Shown here piece by piece: positions 7,036 to 16,586 of a stretch of DNA of 37,809 nt (the stretch's first letter is position 1; each line of letters opens with the position of its first letter). Position numbers and translations under genes: made by a program. The notes under the pieces were generated by a model. The model searched no databases and was not told where the DNA came from. It saw nothing but the letters and a program-made list of their open reading frames with translations. Origin of the DNA: Candidatus Eiseniibacteriota bacterium (GTDB lineage Bacteria; Eisenbacteria; RBG-16-71-46; SZUA-252); the NCBI GenBank assembly GCA_031370645.1, contig JANMQV010000060.1:1-37809 (forward strand). Reading direction: 5' to 3'.

Positions 7036-7326
7036 CTACTTCTTGACGCGATCCTTGAGCGCCTTGCCGGCATGGAACGCCGGGAAGCGCGACGCGGCGA
7101 TCTTGATCTTTTCGCCGGTCTGCGGATTGCGCCCGTCGCGAGCCTTCCGCTTGCGGGTTTCGAAAGTGCCAAATCCAGTGATCTGGACCTTCTTGCCCGA
7201 GATCAGCGCGGCCGCGATAACACCTTCTTTTCCGGGCGAGAAGATCATCTCGACAACGGAGCGCGCCTGACGGGAGGAAATGCTCGCCTTCTTCGCGATC
7301 ATGGCTACGAGTTCGGTCTTGTTCAT
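7036..7326 (-). CDS. hup: HU family DNA-binding protein
   Basis: MNKTELV...VQITGFGTFETRKRKARDGRNPQTGEKIKIAASRFPAFHAGKALKD; perfect RBS AAAGGAGGTGA. Confidence 0.97.
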   Translation of the reverse strand: MNKTELVAMIAKKASISSRQARSVVEMIFSPGKEGVIAAALISGKKVQITGFGTFETRKRKARDGRNPQTGEKIKIAASRFPAFHAGKALKDRVKK

Positions 7327-7359
7327 GTCTGTCTCACCTCCTTTCGAAGAACGAGGCGT

Positions 7360-7388
7360 ACGCTACGCCGCACCCTGGGGAGGGTCAA
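7360..7388 (-). promoter_or_regulatory. sigma70-type promoter for HU
   Basis: Minus strand TTGACC-N17-TAGCGT just upstream of the RBS. Confidence 0.65.
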
Positions 7389-7421
7389 GGGGATTCACCG
7401 TCCGTGTGCGGGTTTTGGGCG

Positions 7422-10400
7422 TCAGCGGAGCTGGTCGATTCCGCCGAAGCCGCGGAGCCCGCGAGACCCCTGCTCGTAGTAGACCTCGGGAAGATTCTTC
7501 ACGTTGATCTTGAAGTAATACTCCTTCGTGTCGCCCGAGATGCTCCGAGTGAACTGCGCCTGCCAGCAGTGGAGGTCGCGCGTGATGCTGAAGTTCTGGG
7601 AGACGAGGCGCACGGCATGACCGGTGATGACGCCAGCCCGATCCTTGATGTCGGCGCGAAGGTCCGCCTGCGCAGCATATTCCACGTGCCAGTTGCGAGA
7701 CAGGTTGAGGCTCAGGAAGCTATTCGCGCGCTCCGTCGATGCCCACCGTTGGTACCCCCCGCCCGTCAGATTCCGGGCGCGGGAGCCGTCATAGGCGACG
7801 GAGAGTGTCAGGTTCCAGGGGAGCCCAGAGTCGGCCGTGCCGGGACGGAGCGGGTCCCCGAGCGCCCCGGCGAAGCCGCTCCCCACCACCCCGGCGGCAA
7901 CGGCTGGATCGCCGGCGTTCGCCTGGTCCACGGAAGCGACCGAGCGGCCCGTCAGCGTGAAGCCGGTCGAGGCGCTGAAGGAGAGGAGCCGACGGTCGTA
8001 CGGATTGTGGAGGAATCTGAACGAAAAATCGCTTCGCGGCGTGGGGGCCACGCGGAGCGTCGTCGAAAGATCGGAGAGCGGCTTTCTCCCGACTTTCTCG
8101 GCCAGGAAGTCGTAGGAGCCGGAGGTGTTCATCTGGATGAAGTTGTTGATCACCTTCGGCTGCTGCGCGTCGCCCCATTTCAGATGCAGATCGTTTCGCA
8201 GCGAGAATTGAAGCGAGCGTTGCTCACTGGCGCTGATCGGTGCAATCCCACTCACGCCGCCGAAGCGCGGAGCCAGCACACCTGAGGGTGTGCGGTAGAA
8301 GAGGCTCGGGGAGGAGGGCTGGTACGCGAAGGTGACCGACGGCGTCACGACGTGCCGGAGCGCGCGAAGTGGTCCGAGGGGATGGCGGAACGTGCCGAAG
8401 ATCGCCGTGTTCACGCCGGCGCTCCCGCGCCAGACGCCCGCTCGCTGATTTCGATTCCCCGCCTGATCGCGCGTCGTGAACGCCTCGCTGTAGTCCATCC
8501 GGGTCGATAGCCCCAGGAAGCCGAGCGCCCGCCTCTGATCCGTGAGCGAAACGTCGTGGCGCGCGGCCGTGCGTGCATCGATCACCGAGTCCTGCCCGCC
8601 GCCCGTCGAGTCCGCGGGAATCGAATTCACGTACTGATTTCGCTGGCTGACGACGCTGGAGGAGAACGCCACCAGCGTCTGCGAGAGCCACGGCAGGCGA
8701 GCCGGTTCCTTTCCCCGCGCCAGGTGTCCCAGCGGCCGCGCCGAGAGTCGGAACGATGCCGACGGCAATTGCTGCTCGATGCGAAGCCCGAACGGCTCGG
8801 GGTCGAGGTCCTGATTCCGGAGGAGCCCGATGTTCAGCGTCGAACTCGGCCACGTGCGATCGAGCGAGAAACTCGAACGGAGGTTTCGCTGCACCCGAAC
8901 CGAGACCGGCCGTCCGAGGTTCGCGTCGCGGTAGTACGAGGAGGAGTTCGTGAGATTCGCGAGGCCGCGAACCGTGAATCCAGGTGCCAGCGTCTGGAAG
9001 TGGCTCCCCTGGAGATCCCACGCCGACTGCTGGAACGTCGGACCGAGCGAGCGCTGATAGGAGCCGCTCAGCTGCCCTTGGAACTCGTAGAGCTTGTGGT
9101 AGCGGACCTGGCCGTGACCCACCCAGCGCGCGGCCTGGTAGTAATCGCCCCACCCGGTCGCGTCGACATAATCGTTCATCGCCCAGTAGTAGCCGAGATT
9201 CCGAATGAACTTTCCTCCGGCGCTCGACGATCCGAACTCCACCTGGGGCAATTGGAAGCCCGAATGCCGCCCCGACTTGATCGGAAAGATGTAGAACGGA
9301 AGCGCCAAGAGCGGGATGTTCTTGAAGTAGAAGACGACCGGTTTCGCCACGACCTTGTCGCGGAGAACGAGGCGCATCTTGGAAGAGCCGAAATGGAAGT
9401 GCGGCTCCGGGAGATCGCAGGTCGTATAGGTGCCCTCCCGCACGTTGAAGATGTTCTCCGAAACGCGCCGCACCTCGTGTCCGGCGAAGTAGCCGCGATC
9501 GTAGGTCGTCCGCCCGGCGTAGACCGTCCCTCGCCGGATGGCGAGGTCGTAGGTCATCGTCTCGCCGACGATCCGGTCCTTCCCGTCCTGGAGCACCGGC
9601 TCCCCGTCGGCGCGCATCTTCTGGGAACGCGCGTCGAAGTGGACGCGGGTCGCCTGGAGATTCATCTCCTTGTAGGTCACGTCGGCGGTGCCGAGCACGT
9701 CCACGAGGCGCGTCTCCACGTCGTATTCGATCCGCTGCCCTCGGTACCGGATATGGTCGAGCTTCGCCGCCGCCGCCGTGTCCCCCTCGGCCGCGAGGTA
9801 GTACGTCCCCTCGCTTCGGCCGAGCACCGTCGCGCGCCGCGGCTTTCCGTCTTCGAAGCCGACGCGGATCGTGTCGCCGCTCGCCACGTTCCGGCCCCCT
9901 TCGGCGCTGTCGGTGGAGGCGGGCCAGTAGAGGCTCTTCGCGTTCCCGACGATGAACGCCTCCCGCGCCTCGTCGTTTTCGAGGAAGAGCGTGATCGTAT
10001 CGCCGCGAGCCATGTTCCGCTCTCCACGCCCGGTCGCGGTCCGCTCCTCGTAGTCCACGGAGGCGTTCGGCCGCATCTGGAGCGACGCGATCCGGCCGTC
10101 GTGGAACCGGACCTCCATGCTGTCGCCCCGCGCGATCCCCTCAGGGCTCACGGCGGCCGGGTTCCCGACCAGGAGCGCCCGGTCTTCGCTCCGGAAGAAC
10201 GAGGCGGCCTCGCTTGTCGCGTGAAGACTGTCGCGGTCGATCCGCACCGTTCCCACGGCGAAGACTCGGTTTCGAGAGTTGTCGAAGCGCAGCGTGTCGG
10301 CCGCGATGTTGGTCGCCCGTCCGTCCTTTTCGACGAGTATCAGGCTCGGCGATTCCTCGGCCCACGCATAGTCGGCGCGGCGGTCGTAGCGGATTCGCCC

Positions 10401-11024
10401 GGCGCGGACCTTCGTGCTCTCCGCGCGATCCTCCGCGTCCACCTTTCCGATGGCGGTAACGATGTCGTGCCCTCGGTCGTACTCGATCCGCTCGGCGCGG
10501 AGCGTGCGCAAGGAATCGCGGAGCATGGCGTTTCCCGTGATGACCGAGAAGTCTCGGTCGCGGTAAAAGGTCGCTTCCTGTCCCGTGATGACGGTGCCCT
10601 GATCGTCGATCCGCACGTTTCCGCGCAGAATGGCGAGGCGCAGCTTCCGGTCGTAGGAGGCCTCGGTGCCGCGCATGACGGTCGTGCCGTCGACGATCTT
10701 CACGTTGCCGTGGAAGACGACGAATTCACGACTCTGATAGATCTGCGCTGAGTCGCCGGTGACACGCGTCGCGCCGTGGACGACGGTGACCTTCGTCGCG
10801 CGGAGAACATTTTCTCCGGAGGCGGCCGACCCTTCCAGATGGTCCGCGTTCAATTGGTACGGCTCCTCGGGACTCGGAGGTGTCAGAATCGGTGCGGGGG
10901 CGCTCGCGGTCTGGGCGAAGGCGAGGGCGGCGGGCGCCGTTGCCGCGAGGAGGGCGAACAGGGCGTAGCGGAGCGGTGCGAGCGCGCGGATCGCGCCGCG
11001 AGCGGCGTCCGTCCTAGAGCGCAC
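7422..11024 (-). CDS. lptD: LPS-assembly protein LptD with a greatly extended N-terminal OstA/LptA-like beta-jellyroll region (1200 aa)
   Basis: Signal peptide; repeated OstA-type units (GNVKIVD, GNVRIDD, ADTLRFD, GQRIEYD); YTTCDLPEPHFHF and RHSGFQLP motifs; beta-barrel ending in RDLHCW. Confidence 0.85.
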   Translation of the reverse strand: MRSRTDAARGAIRALAPLRYALFALLAATAPAALAFAQTASAPAPILTPPSPEEPYQLNADHLEGSAASGENVLRATKVTVVHGATRVTGDSAQIYQSREFVVFHGNVKIVDGTTVMRGTEASYDRKLRLAILRGNVRIDDQGTVITGQEATFYRDRDFSVITGNAMLRDSLRTLRAERIEYDRGHDIVTAIGKVDAEDRAESTKVRAGRIRYDRRADYAWAEESPSLILVEKDGRATNIAADTLRFDNSRNRVFAVGTVRIDRDSLHATSEAASFFRSEDRALLVGNPAAVSPEGIARGDSMEVRFHDGRIASLQMRPNASVDYEERTATGRGERNMARGDTITLFLENDEAREAFIVGNAKSLYWPASTDSAEGGRNVASGDTIRVGFEDGKPRRATVLGRSEGTYYLAAEGDTAAAAKLDHIRYRGQRIEYDVETRLVDVLGTADVTYKEMNLQATRVHFDARSQKMRADGEPVLQDGKDRIVGETMTYDLAIRRGTVYAGRTTYDRGYFAGHEVRRVSENIFNVREGTYTTCDLPEPHFHFGSSKMRLVLRDKVVAKPVVFYFKNIPLLALPFYIFPIKSGRHSGFQLPQVEFGSSSAGGKFIRNLGYYWAMNDYVDATGWGDYYQAARWVGHGQVRYHKLYEFQGQLSGSYQRSLGPTFQQSAWDLQGSHFQTLAPGFTVRGLANLTNSSSYYRDANLGRPVSVRVQRNLRSSFSLDRTWPSSTLNIGLLRNQDLDPEPFGLRIEQQLPSASFRLSARPLGHLARGKEPARLPWLSQTLVAFSSSVVSQRNQYVNSIPADSTGGGQDSVIDARTAARHDVSLTDQRRALGFLGLSTRMDYSEAFTTRDQAGNRNQRAGVWRGSAGVNTAIFGTFRHPLGPLRALRHVVTPSVTFAYQPSSPSLFYRTPSGVLAPRFGGVSGIAPISASEQRSLQFSLRNDLHLKWGDAQQPKVINNFIQMNTSGSYDFLAEKVGRKPLSDLSTTLRVAPTPRSDFSFRFLHNPYDRRLLSFSASTGFTLTGRSVASVDQANAGDPAVAAGVVGSGFAGALGDPLRPGTADSGLPWNLTLSVAYDGSRARNLTGGGYQRWASTERANSFLSLNLSRNWHVEYAAQADLRADIKDRAGVITGHAVRLVSQNFSITRDLHCWQAQFTRSISGDTKEYYFKINVKNLPEVYYEQGSRGLRGFGGIDQLR

Positions 11025-12330
11025 GCGGCATCTCCCGGCGAAGGTGCGGGAGCAACTCGCCGATCAGGAAGAAGGAGCCGGTCACGAGGACCGCGCCACC
11101 CTTCTCACGCGCCCAGCCGCGGGCGCGGGCGAACGCCTCCGCGGAATCGCGAATCGCCTCCGCCTCCGGATGGCGCGACGGCACATGAGCGAGCAGTTCG
11201 GCGGCCGGCGTCGAACGCTCCCCCCCGAACTCGGTGACGATGAATCGCGCGGCCGCATGTCCAAGCGCGCGAAGGATCGAGGCGTGCTCCTTGTCGCGCG
11301 AGAAGGCCGCGACGACGACCACCGGCCGCTCGCCGAAGAGCGCCTCGCTCGTCGCCGCGATCGCCTGCGCCCCTTCCACGTTGTGCGCCACGTCGAGCAG
11401 GACCGGCGGGTCCCCCGGCAGGAGTTCGGCCCGCCCCGGCCAGCGCGTCGCCGCGATGCCTGTCTCGATCGCCTCCGCAATTTCCCGCCCGCTTCGCCCT
11501 TCGGGGACGAGGATCGTTTCCGCGGTGAGCGCGGCCAACGCCGCGTTACGCGCCTGGTGGACTCCGATCATCGGAGTACGGAGCGTGCCGCGAAAGGTGC
11601 GCGTGGTCAGGTGAAACGTGGTTCCCGACGCGTCGACCGATCTCGCGGCATAGCGCGCGTCGGCACCGAGGCGAAGCACGCGAGAACCCCTCTCCGCGGC
11701 GACGCGAAGAATCTCCGCCCGCGGCTCGGGCCGCCGGACGCCGAGGATGAGGGTGCCCCCGTCCTTCACGATTCCCGCCTTCTCGCGCGCGATTCGCGCG
11801 AGCGTGCCGCCGAGGATCTCGGCGTGGTCCGAGGCGATCGTGGTAATGACCGAGACGCGTGGCGTGAGGATATTCGTGGCGTCGAGTCGACCGCCGAGCC
11901 CCACTTCGACGACGCCGAAATCGATGCGTGAGGCGGCGAAGTGATCGAAGGCGACGGCGGTGGCGGCCTCGAAGAAGGAGGTGGGCGCCTCCTCGAAGCG
12001 GGGCCACCAGCGCGAAAGGAGCGACTCCAGGGCGTCGTCGGTGATCTCGGCGCCGTCGATTCGGATCCGCTCGTGGAAGCGGACCAGGTGGGGCGAAGTG
12101 TAGAGGCCGACCCGCCATCCGGCGGCGCGAAGAATGGAGGAGAGATGAGCGGCGGTCGAGCCCTTGCCGTTCGTTCCCGCGATGAGCGCGCTCGGAAAGG
12201 CGCGTTCGGGCCGGCCCGCGCCGGCCAGGAGCCGTTCGATTCCTTCGAGGCCCGGCCGCATTCCGCTCCGCTCGAAGCGATAGAGCAGCTCGAGCTGCCG
12301 CGCGAGCGGCAGGCCGGCGATCGCCGTCAT
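11014..12330 (-). CDS. folC: Folylpolyglutamate synthase / dihydrofolate synthase
   Basis: IAGTNGKGST, GLYTSPHL, EVGLGGRLDATN, WPGR, LDVAHN, VTGSFFLIGE. ATG 12330 overlaps the accD stop (ATGA). Confidence 0.95.
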   Translation of the reverse strand: MTAIAGLPLARQLELLYRFERSGMRPGLEGIERLLAGAGRPERAFPSALIAGTNGKGSTAAHLSSILRAAGWRVGLYTSPHLVRFHERIRIDGAEITDDALESLLSRWWPRFEEAPTSFFEAATAVAFDHFAASRIDFGVVEVGLGGRLDATNILTPRVSVITTIASDHAEILGGTLARIAREKAGIVKDGGTLILGVRRPEPRAEILRVAAERGSRVLRLGADARYAARSVDASGTTFHLTTRTFRGTLRTPMIGVHQARNAALAALTAETILVPEGRSGREIAEAIETGIAATRWPGRAELLPGDPPVLLDVAHNVEGAQAIAATSEALFGERPVVVVAAFSRDKEHASILRALGHAAARFIVTEFGGERSTPAAELLAHVPSRHPEAEAIRDSAEAFARARGWAREKGGAVLVTGSFFLIGELLPHLRREMPRAL

Positions 12331-13340
12331 TCGTCGGTTCGGGTCGCTCCGGCGGTAGAAGCGGCCGGCGGCGCGGGCGCGGGGGCCGAAGTCGCCGAGA
12401 GCGCGTGCCCCACCGGCGCCGGCACCGGCTCGGACGCGGCGCGGAATCTCGCGAGCGACTCGCCCGCGCGGCGCCGGGGTGGATGCGGAAGCCGCTCGGC
12501 CGCGGCAAAGAAGCGCAGAAGCCAGGCAAGGGTCTTTCGCATCTCGGCGCGCGGGACGATCTGATCGATCATCCCTCTCTGGAGCAGGAACTCGGAGCGC
12601 TGGAATCCCTCCGGCAACTCCTGCCCGATCGTCTGCTTGATGACGCGCGGTCCCGCGAATCCGATCAGCGCCTTCGGCTCGGCCAGGATGACGTCGCCGA
12701 CCGACGCGAACGACGCCGTGACGCCGCCGGTGGTCGGATGCGTGAGAACGGAAATGTAGGGAATCCCCGCGTCGGAGAGCCGCGCGAGGAGTGCGTTCGT
12801 CTTCGCCATCTGCATGAGGGAGAGAATCCCCTCGAACATGCGCGCGCCGCCGGATGCGGCAAGGATGACGAGCGGGCGCCGCGTTTCGATGGCGAGAAGA
12901 ATGGAACGCGCGATCCGCTCCCCCGCGGCGGAGGCAAGGCTCCCGCCGAGGAAATCGAAGTCCATGATCGCGACCACGAGCGGCAGCTCTTCGATCGTCG
13001 CTTCGCCGCAAAGGACCGCCTCGCCGAGCCCCGTCTGTTCGCGCGCTTTCTTCAGTCGATCGACGTAGCGGCGGGCGTCGCGGAAGCGGAGCGGGTCGGT
13101 GGAGACGACTTCGGCGAAGCGTTCCTGGAACGAACCCTCGTCGAGGAGGATCTTCACGTAGGAGCGGGCGGAGATGCGGAAGTGGAAGCCGCACTTGCCG
13201 CAGGTCCAGAGGTTTCGCTCGAGTTCCTTGTGGTAGAGGATCTCGCCGCACTCTTCGCACTTGGACCAGAGGCCGTCCGGTAACTCGCGCCGGCGCTGCT
13301 GCGCCTTCAGCCCTTCCTTCGCCTTACGAAGCCAGGTCAT
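12327..13340 (-). CDS. accD: Acetyl-CoA carboxylase carboxyltransferase beta subunit
   Basis: GLWSKCEEC...CGKC zinc finger, MDFDFLGGS, SGGARMFEG, PTTGGVTASFA, GFAGPRVI, FQRSEFL. Start 13340 overlaps the rimI stop; Pro/Ala-rich C-terminal tail. Confidence 0.96.
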   Translation of the reverse strand: MTWLRKAKEGLKAQQRRRELPDGLWSKCEECGEILYHKELERNLWTCGKCGFHFRISARSYVKILLDEGSFQERFAEVVSTDPLRFRDARRYVDRLKKAREQTGLGEAVLCGEATIEELPLVVAIMDFDFLGGSLASAAGERIARSILLAIETRRPLVILAASGGARMFEGILSLMQMAKTNALLARLSDAGIPYISVLTHPTTGGVTASFASVGDVILAEPKALIGFAGPRVIKQTIGQELPEGFQRSEFLLQRGMIDQIVPRAEMRKTLAWLLRFFAAAERLPHPPRRRAGESLARFRAASEPVPAPVGHALSATSAPAPAPPAASTAGATRTDE

Positions 13341-13825
13341 GCGAGTTTCCCTCCGGGAAGCATGAGGAGCATGACGATAGCATCCTCCACCGGGTTCTGG
13401 TAGTAGCTCTTCCGCATCGCGATATCGATGAAACCATTGCGGGCGTAGAAGGTACGGGCGTGGAGGTTCGACTCTCGAACCTCCAGCGTGATGCGCCGCA
13501 CGCCCAGGCGACGGGCCTCGGTCATGAGATCTCCCAGCAATCGCTGCGCGATCCCTTTCCGGCGGTACCCCGCATCGACGGCCAAGTTGCCGAGATGTGC
13601 TTCGTCCATCACGAGGACCGCGAATGAGTAGCCGACCAGCCGCTCCCCTTCTCCCTTGTCGGGCACCAACGCGCCGCGCGCGTAGGTGCCGCCGCCCACC
13701 TCCAATTCGGAGAGGAACATGGCACGGGTCCAGGCGTCGGAGAAGCATCGCCGCTCGATCGCCACCACTTCGTCGAGTCGGTCGGTCGAGATGTGCACGA
13801 CGCGAATCGGTTCTCGATACGTCAC
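13337..13825 (-). CDS. rimI: Ribosomal protein S18-alanine N-acetyltransferase
   Basis: IERRCFSDAW, DEAHLGNLAV, RRKGIA, TLEVRESN, RKSYYQNPVEDAIVM; follows tsaB. Confidence 0.93.
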   Translation of the reverse strand: MTYREPIRVVHISTDRLDEVVAIERRCFSDAWTRAMFLSELEVGGGTYARGALVPDKGEGERLVGYSFAVLVMDEAHLGNLAVDAGYRRKGIAQRLLGDLMTEARRLGVRRITLEVRESNLHARTFYARNGFIDIAMRKSYYQNPVEDAIVMLLMLPGGKLA

Positions 13826-14514
13826 CGGGCGGGCTTCCTCGCGTTCGGCGCGCGGCCGTAGGCGGGGGAGGCGAGGACGAGGTCGCTCGCCTCCCCCGAC
13901 CGGAAGAGGGTGTCGCCCATCAACGCCACCGAGGCCGCGAGCGGCGCGGGGTCGCGGCGAGGGAGTTCGTCGTCGTCCAAGAGGGCGGCGATCTTTTCGT
14001 TCGACGGGAGCGCCACGAAGGGGCGGTCCACGGCGAGCGCGAGAGCGCGTTCTTCCAGGTCCTCTTCCGGTATCGAAAGGGGCGGCTCGAGGGCGCGCGG
14101 TCGGCCGCCGTTCGCTTCGACGGGGTCAGGCGCCTCCCAAAGCGCGATCTCGACCTGCTTTTGTTCGCCGGGCGTGACGGTGAGACGGAGCGTCGCGGTA
14201 TCTCGCGCGGCGTGCGCTGCCGCTTCGTGGGCCGAGACGAGCGCGAGCGGGATGGACGCGCCCATGGCGAGCCCCTTTGCCCAGGCGAGTCCGATCCGAA
14301 GGCCCGTGAACGATCCGGGACCACTGGAGACCGCGATGCCGGAGAGCGAAGCGAGCGGAATGCCCGCGTTCGTGGCGACCTGTTCGGCGGCGGCGGAGAG
14401 CCCGCTCGAGTGTCCGGCCGGTGGAAGCGACACCACGCCGCGGAGCACGCCGTCGACGATCAGCGCGACCGAGCCGTGAGGGCTCGCGGTGTCAATTCCC
14501 AGGATGGAGCGCAT
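13822..14514 (-). CDS. tsaB: tRNA t6A biosynthesis protein TsaB
   Basis: ILGIDTAS, HS, IAVSSGPGSFTGLRIG...AKGLA; located between tsaE and rimI. Confidence 0.92.
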   Translation of the reverse strand: MRSILGIDTASPHGSVALIVDGVLRGVVSLPPAGHSSGLSAAAEQVATNAGIPLASLSGIAVSSGPGSFTGLRIGLAWAKGLAMGASIPLALVSAHEAAAHAARDTATLRLTVTPGEQKQVEIALWEAPDPVEANGGRPRALEPPLSIPEEDLEERALALAVDRPFVALPSNEKIAALLDDDELPRRDPAPLAASVALMGDTLFRSGEASDLVLASPAYGRAPNARKPAR

Positions 14515-15004
14515 CGTACCAGCGTTCGCGATCCAAGATTCCCTCGCGGGCCGCTTCGTCCCACCGCTCGCCGCGCGGCTTCAAGCGAATCTCCCGCCCC
14601 GCGCCGGCGGAAGGATCGAGGTAGCGGAGTTCGATGTCGAGCCGCTCGTCGGGGAGACGTTCCTCCGCGCGATCGGCCCACTCGACAAGCGTGACCGCGT
14701 CGCCCGCGGCGAGATCGTCGAGCGCCAGCGTCTCGAACTCTTCGGGGCGCTCCAAGCGATAGAGATCGGCGTGCACGACTCGGGGCGCCTCTCCGTAGAC
14801 CTCGACGAGAACGTAGGTTGGACTTCGGCCCCGCATGCCGGGGTGGATTCCCTCGACGATTCCCGAAACCAGCGTCGTCTTCCCCGCGCCCAAGTCGCCG
14901 CGGAGCGCCACCCAGTCCCCCGCGTGGAGAATCGTTCCGAGGTAGCGGCCCAGGGCGCGCGTCTCGGCGTCGGTTCGAAGAAGGGAGCGAATCTCGACCG
15001 GCAT
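14492..15004 (-). CDS. tsaE: tRNA t6A biosynthesis ATPase TsaE
   Basis: LRGDLGAGKTT, SPTY, HADLYRL, VEWA. Confidence 0.95.
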   Translation of the reverse strand: MPVEIRSLLRTDAETRALGRYLGTILHAGDWVALRGDLGAGKTTLVSGIVEGIHPGMRGRSPTYVLVEVYGEAPRVVHADLYRLERPEEFETLALDDLAAGDAVTLVEWADRAEERLPDERLDIELRYLDPSAGAGREIRLKPRGERWDEAAREGILDRERWYDALHPGN

Positions 15005-15007
15005 CGC

Positions 15008-16582
15008 CTATCCGCGCGGGACCAGCGTGGCCACCGGAAGGATCATCTCGTCGAGCGAAATCCCTCCGTGCTGGAAGGAGCCGCGGTAGCGGTTCTCGTA
15101 CTCGTGGAATTTCGTGGGATAGATGAAATAGAAGTCTTCTTTGGCCACGATGTAGTGCTTGTTGAGGGAGTCGGCCGGAAGGCGGAAGCGCGACGGGTCC
15201 TTCACATGCACGGCGGCCCGCGCATCGCAGCCGAGATTCATGCCGTACTTGAACCGGAGATTCGTGGAGGTCTCCCGGTTCCCGTACACGAGCGAGGAGC
15301 GCCGGCTCAAGACCGCCCCATGATCGGTCGTGACGATGACGACGCCATCCTGCTTCGAAAGCCACTTGAGGGCGTCGAAAAGCGCCGAGTGATTGAACCA
15401 CGAGCGCATGACCGATCGGAACGCCGACTCGTCCGGAGCCAGCTCTTTCAGCAGATCGGACTCCGACCGGCCATGGGTGAGCATGTCGAGAAAGTTGAAG
15501 ACCATGGCGACGAGCGGAATGTTCTGGAACGTGACGACGTTTCGCCGCACGTGGCTCGCCTCCTCCACATTCGAGACCTTCAAGTACTTGAGTCCGGCCG
15601 CGAGCGAGACCCCGAGCCGCTCGAGGAGTTTCTCCAGTAATTGCCGCTCGAATCGGTTCTTGCTTCGCTCGTCGGCCGATATCTCCTGCCAAAACTCCGG
15701 AAACTGCTTCTGGATCTCCTCCGGGTAGAGCCCGCTAAAGATCGCGTTTCGGGAATAGGGCGTCGACGTGGGGAGAATGGAGATCTGGTGATCGAGCGTG
15801 ATGTCGAAGTAGGGCCGGAGAATCGGCTCCACGGTGAGCCAGTGGTCGAGCCGCATGCAGTCGATCACCACAAGCGTGACGCGCTTGCCCGCCCGGAGGT
15901 GCGGCGCCACCCATCGTTCCACCACGTCCACGGAGAGCGGCGGGCGATCAGCCGGGTCGGCGTCGGGGCGCGTCCACGAGTGGTAGTTCGCTTCGACGTA
16001 CTGACAGAATTCGACGTTCATTTCGCGGCGCTGATCGGCGTGCGCCTGGCGAAGACCCGCGTCGCCGGCGGCGTCGAGTTCCACGTCCCATTGAGCGCTC
16101 CGCGTGTGGATCTCGATCCAGCGACGCCAGTCGGGCGCGGGACCGGCCTCGGCTCTCGCCTTCGCCAGTTCCGCCACGTAGTCGCGAGCGAGTCGCGTCT
16201 CGTGGAGCCGATCGCCATCCAGCAGTCGCTTCAGCGCGAGAAAGATCTGCATTGGACGCACCGGCTTCAGGAGGTAGTCGCTGATCCGCCTCCCGATCAC
16301 CTCATCCATCAGCGACTCCGCCTCGTTCTTCGTCACGAGAATCACGGGAAGGCCGGGGTCGTGCTCCTTGATCAATTCGAGCGTTTCGAGCCCGCCTCGG
16401 CCCGGCATCGATTCGTCGAGCAGGACCGCATCGAACTTCTCCCGGAGCGTCGAGGCAAGCGCATCCTCGCCATTCGAGACGGGCGTGACCCGGTACCCCT
16501 TCTCCTCGAGGAAGAGGATGTGGGAACGGAGGAGCTCGATCTCGTCGTCGGCCCAGAGGATTTTTCGTTCGTTCGCGGCCAT
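15008..16582 (-). CDS. porX: PorX-family response regulator (REC + PglZ/alkaline-phosphatase-superfamily domain)
   Basis: KILWADDEIELL...VLLDESMPG receiver domain; VIDCMRLDHW, SILPTSTPYSRNAIFSG, NFLDMLTHGR, TTDHG, FQHGGISLDEM; directly upstream of tsaE, as in Bacteroidota. Start taken at ATG 16582. Confidence 0.9.
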   Translation of the reverse strand: MAANERKILWADDEIELLRSHILFLEEKGYRVTPVSNGEDALASTLREKFDAVLLDESMPGRGGLETLELIKEHDPGLPVILVTKNEAESLMDEVIGRRISDYLLKPVRPMQIFLALKRLLDGDRLHETRLARDYVAELAKARAEAGPAPDWRRWIEIHTRSAQWDVELDAAGDAGLRQAHADQRREMNVEFCQYVEANYHSWTRPDADPADRPPLSVDVVERWVAPHLRAGKRVTLVVIDCMRLDHWLTVEPILRPYFDITLDHQISILPTSTPYSRNAIFSGLYPEEIQKQFPEFWQEISADERSKNRFERQLLEKLLERLGVSLAAGLKYLKVSNVEEASHVRRNVVTFQNIPLVAMVFNFLDMLTHGRSESDLLKELAPDESAFRSVMRSWFNHSALFDALKWLSKQDGVVIVTTDHGAVLSRRSSLVYGNRETSTNLRFKYGMNLGCDARAAVHVKDPSRFRLPADSLNKHYIVAKEDFYFIYPTKFHEYENRYRGSFQHGGISLDEMILPVATLVPRG

Positions 16583-16586
16583 GAAA

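Noticed and set aside
9600-10800. Many D(S/T)x motifs in the LptD N-terminus as glycosylation evidence
   Set aside because: G/A-D-(S/T)-hydrophobic is also the structural turn of OstA jellyroll repeats, so it is not independent evidence.
15008-16582. BREX/Pgl phage-defence system suggested by the PglZ domain
   Set aside because: PglZ is fused to a receiver domain in PorX architecture among housekeeping genes; no brxC, pglX or brxL is present.
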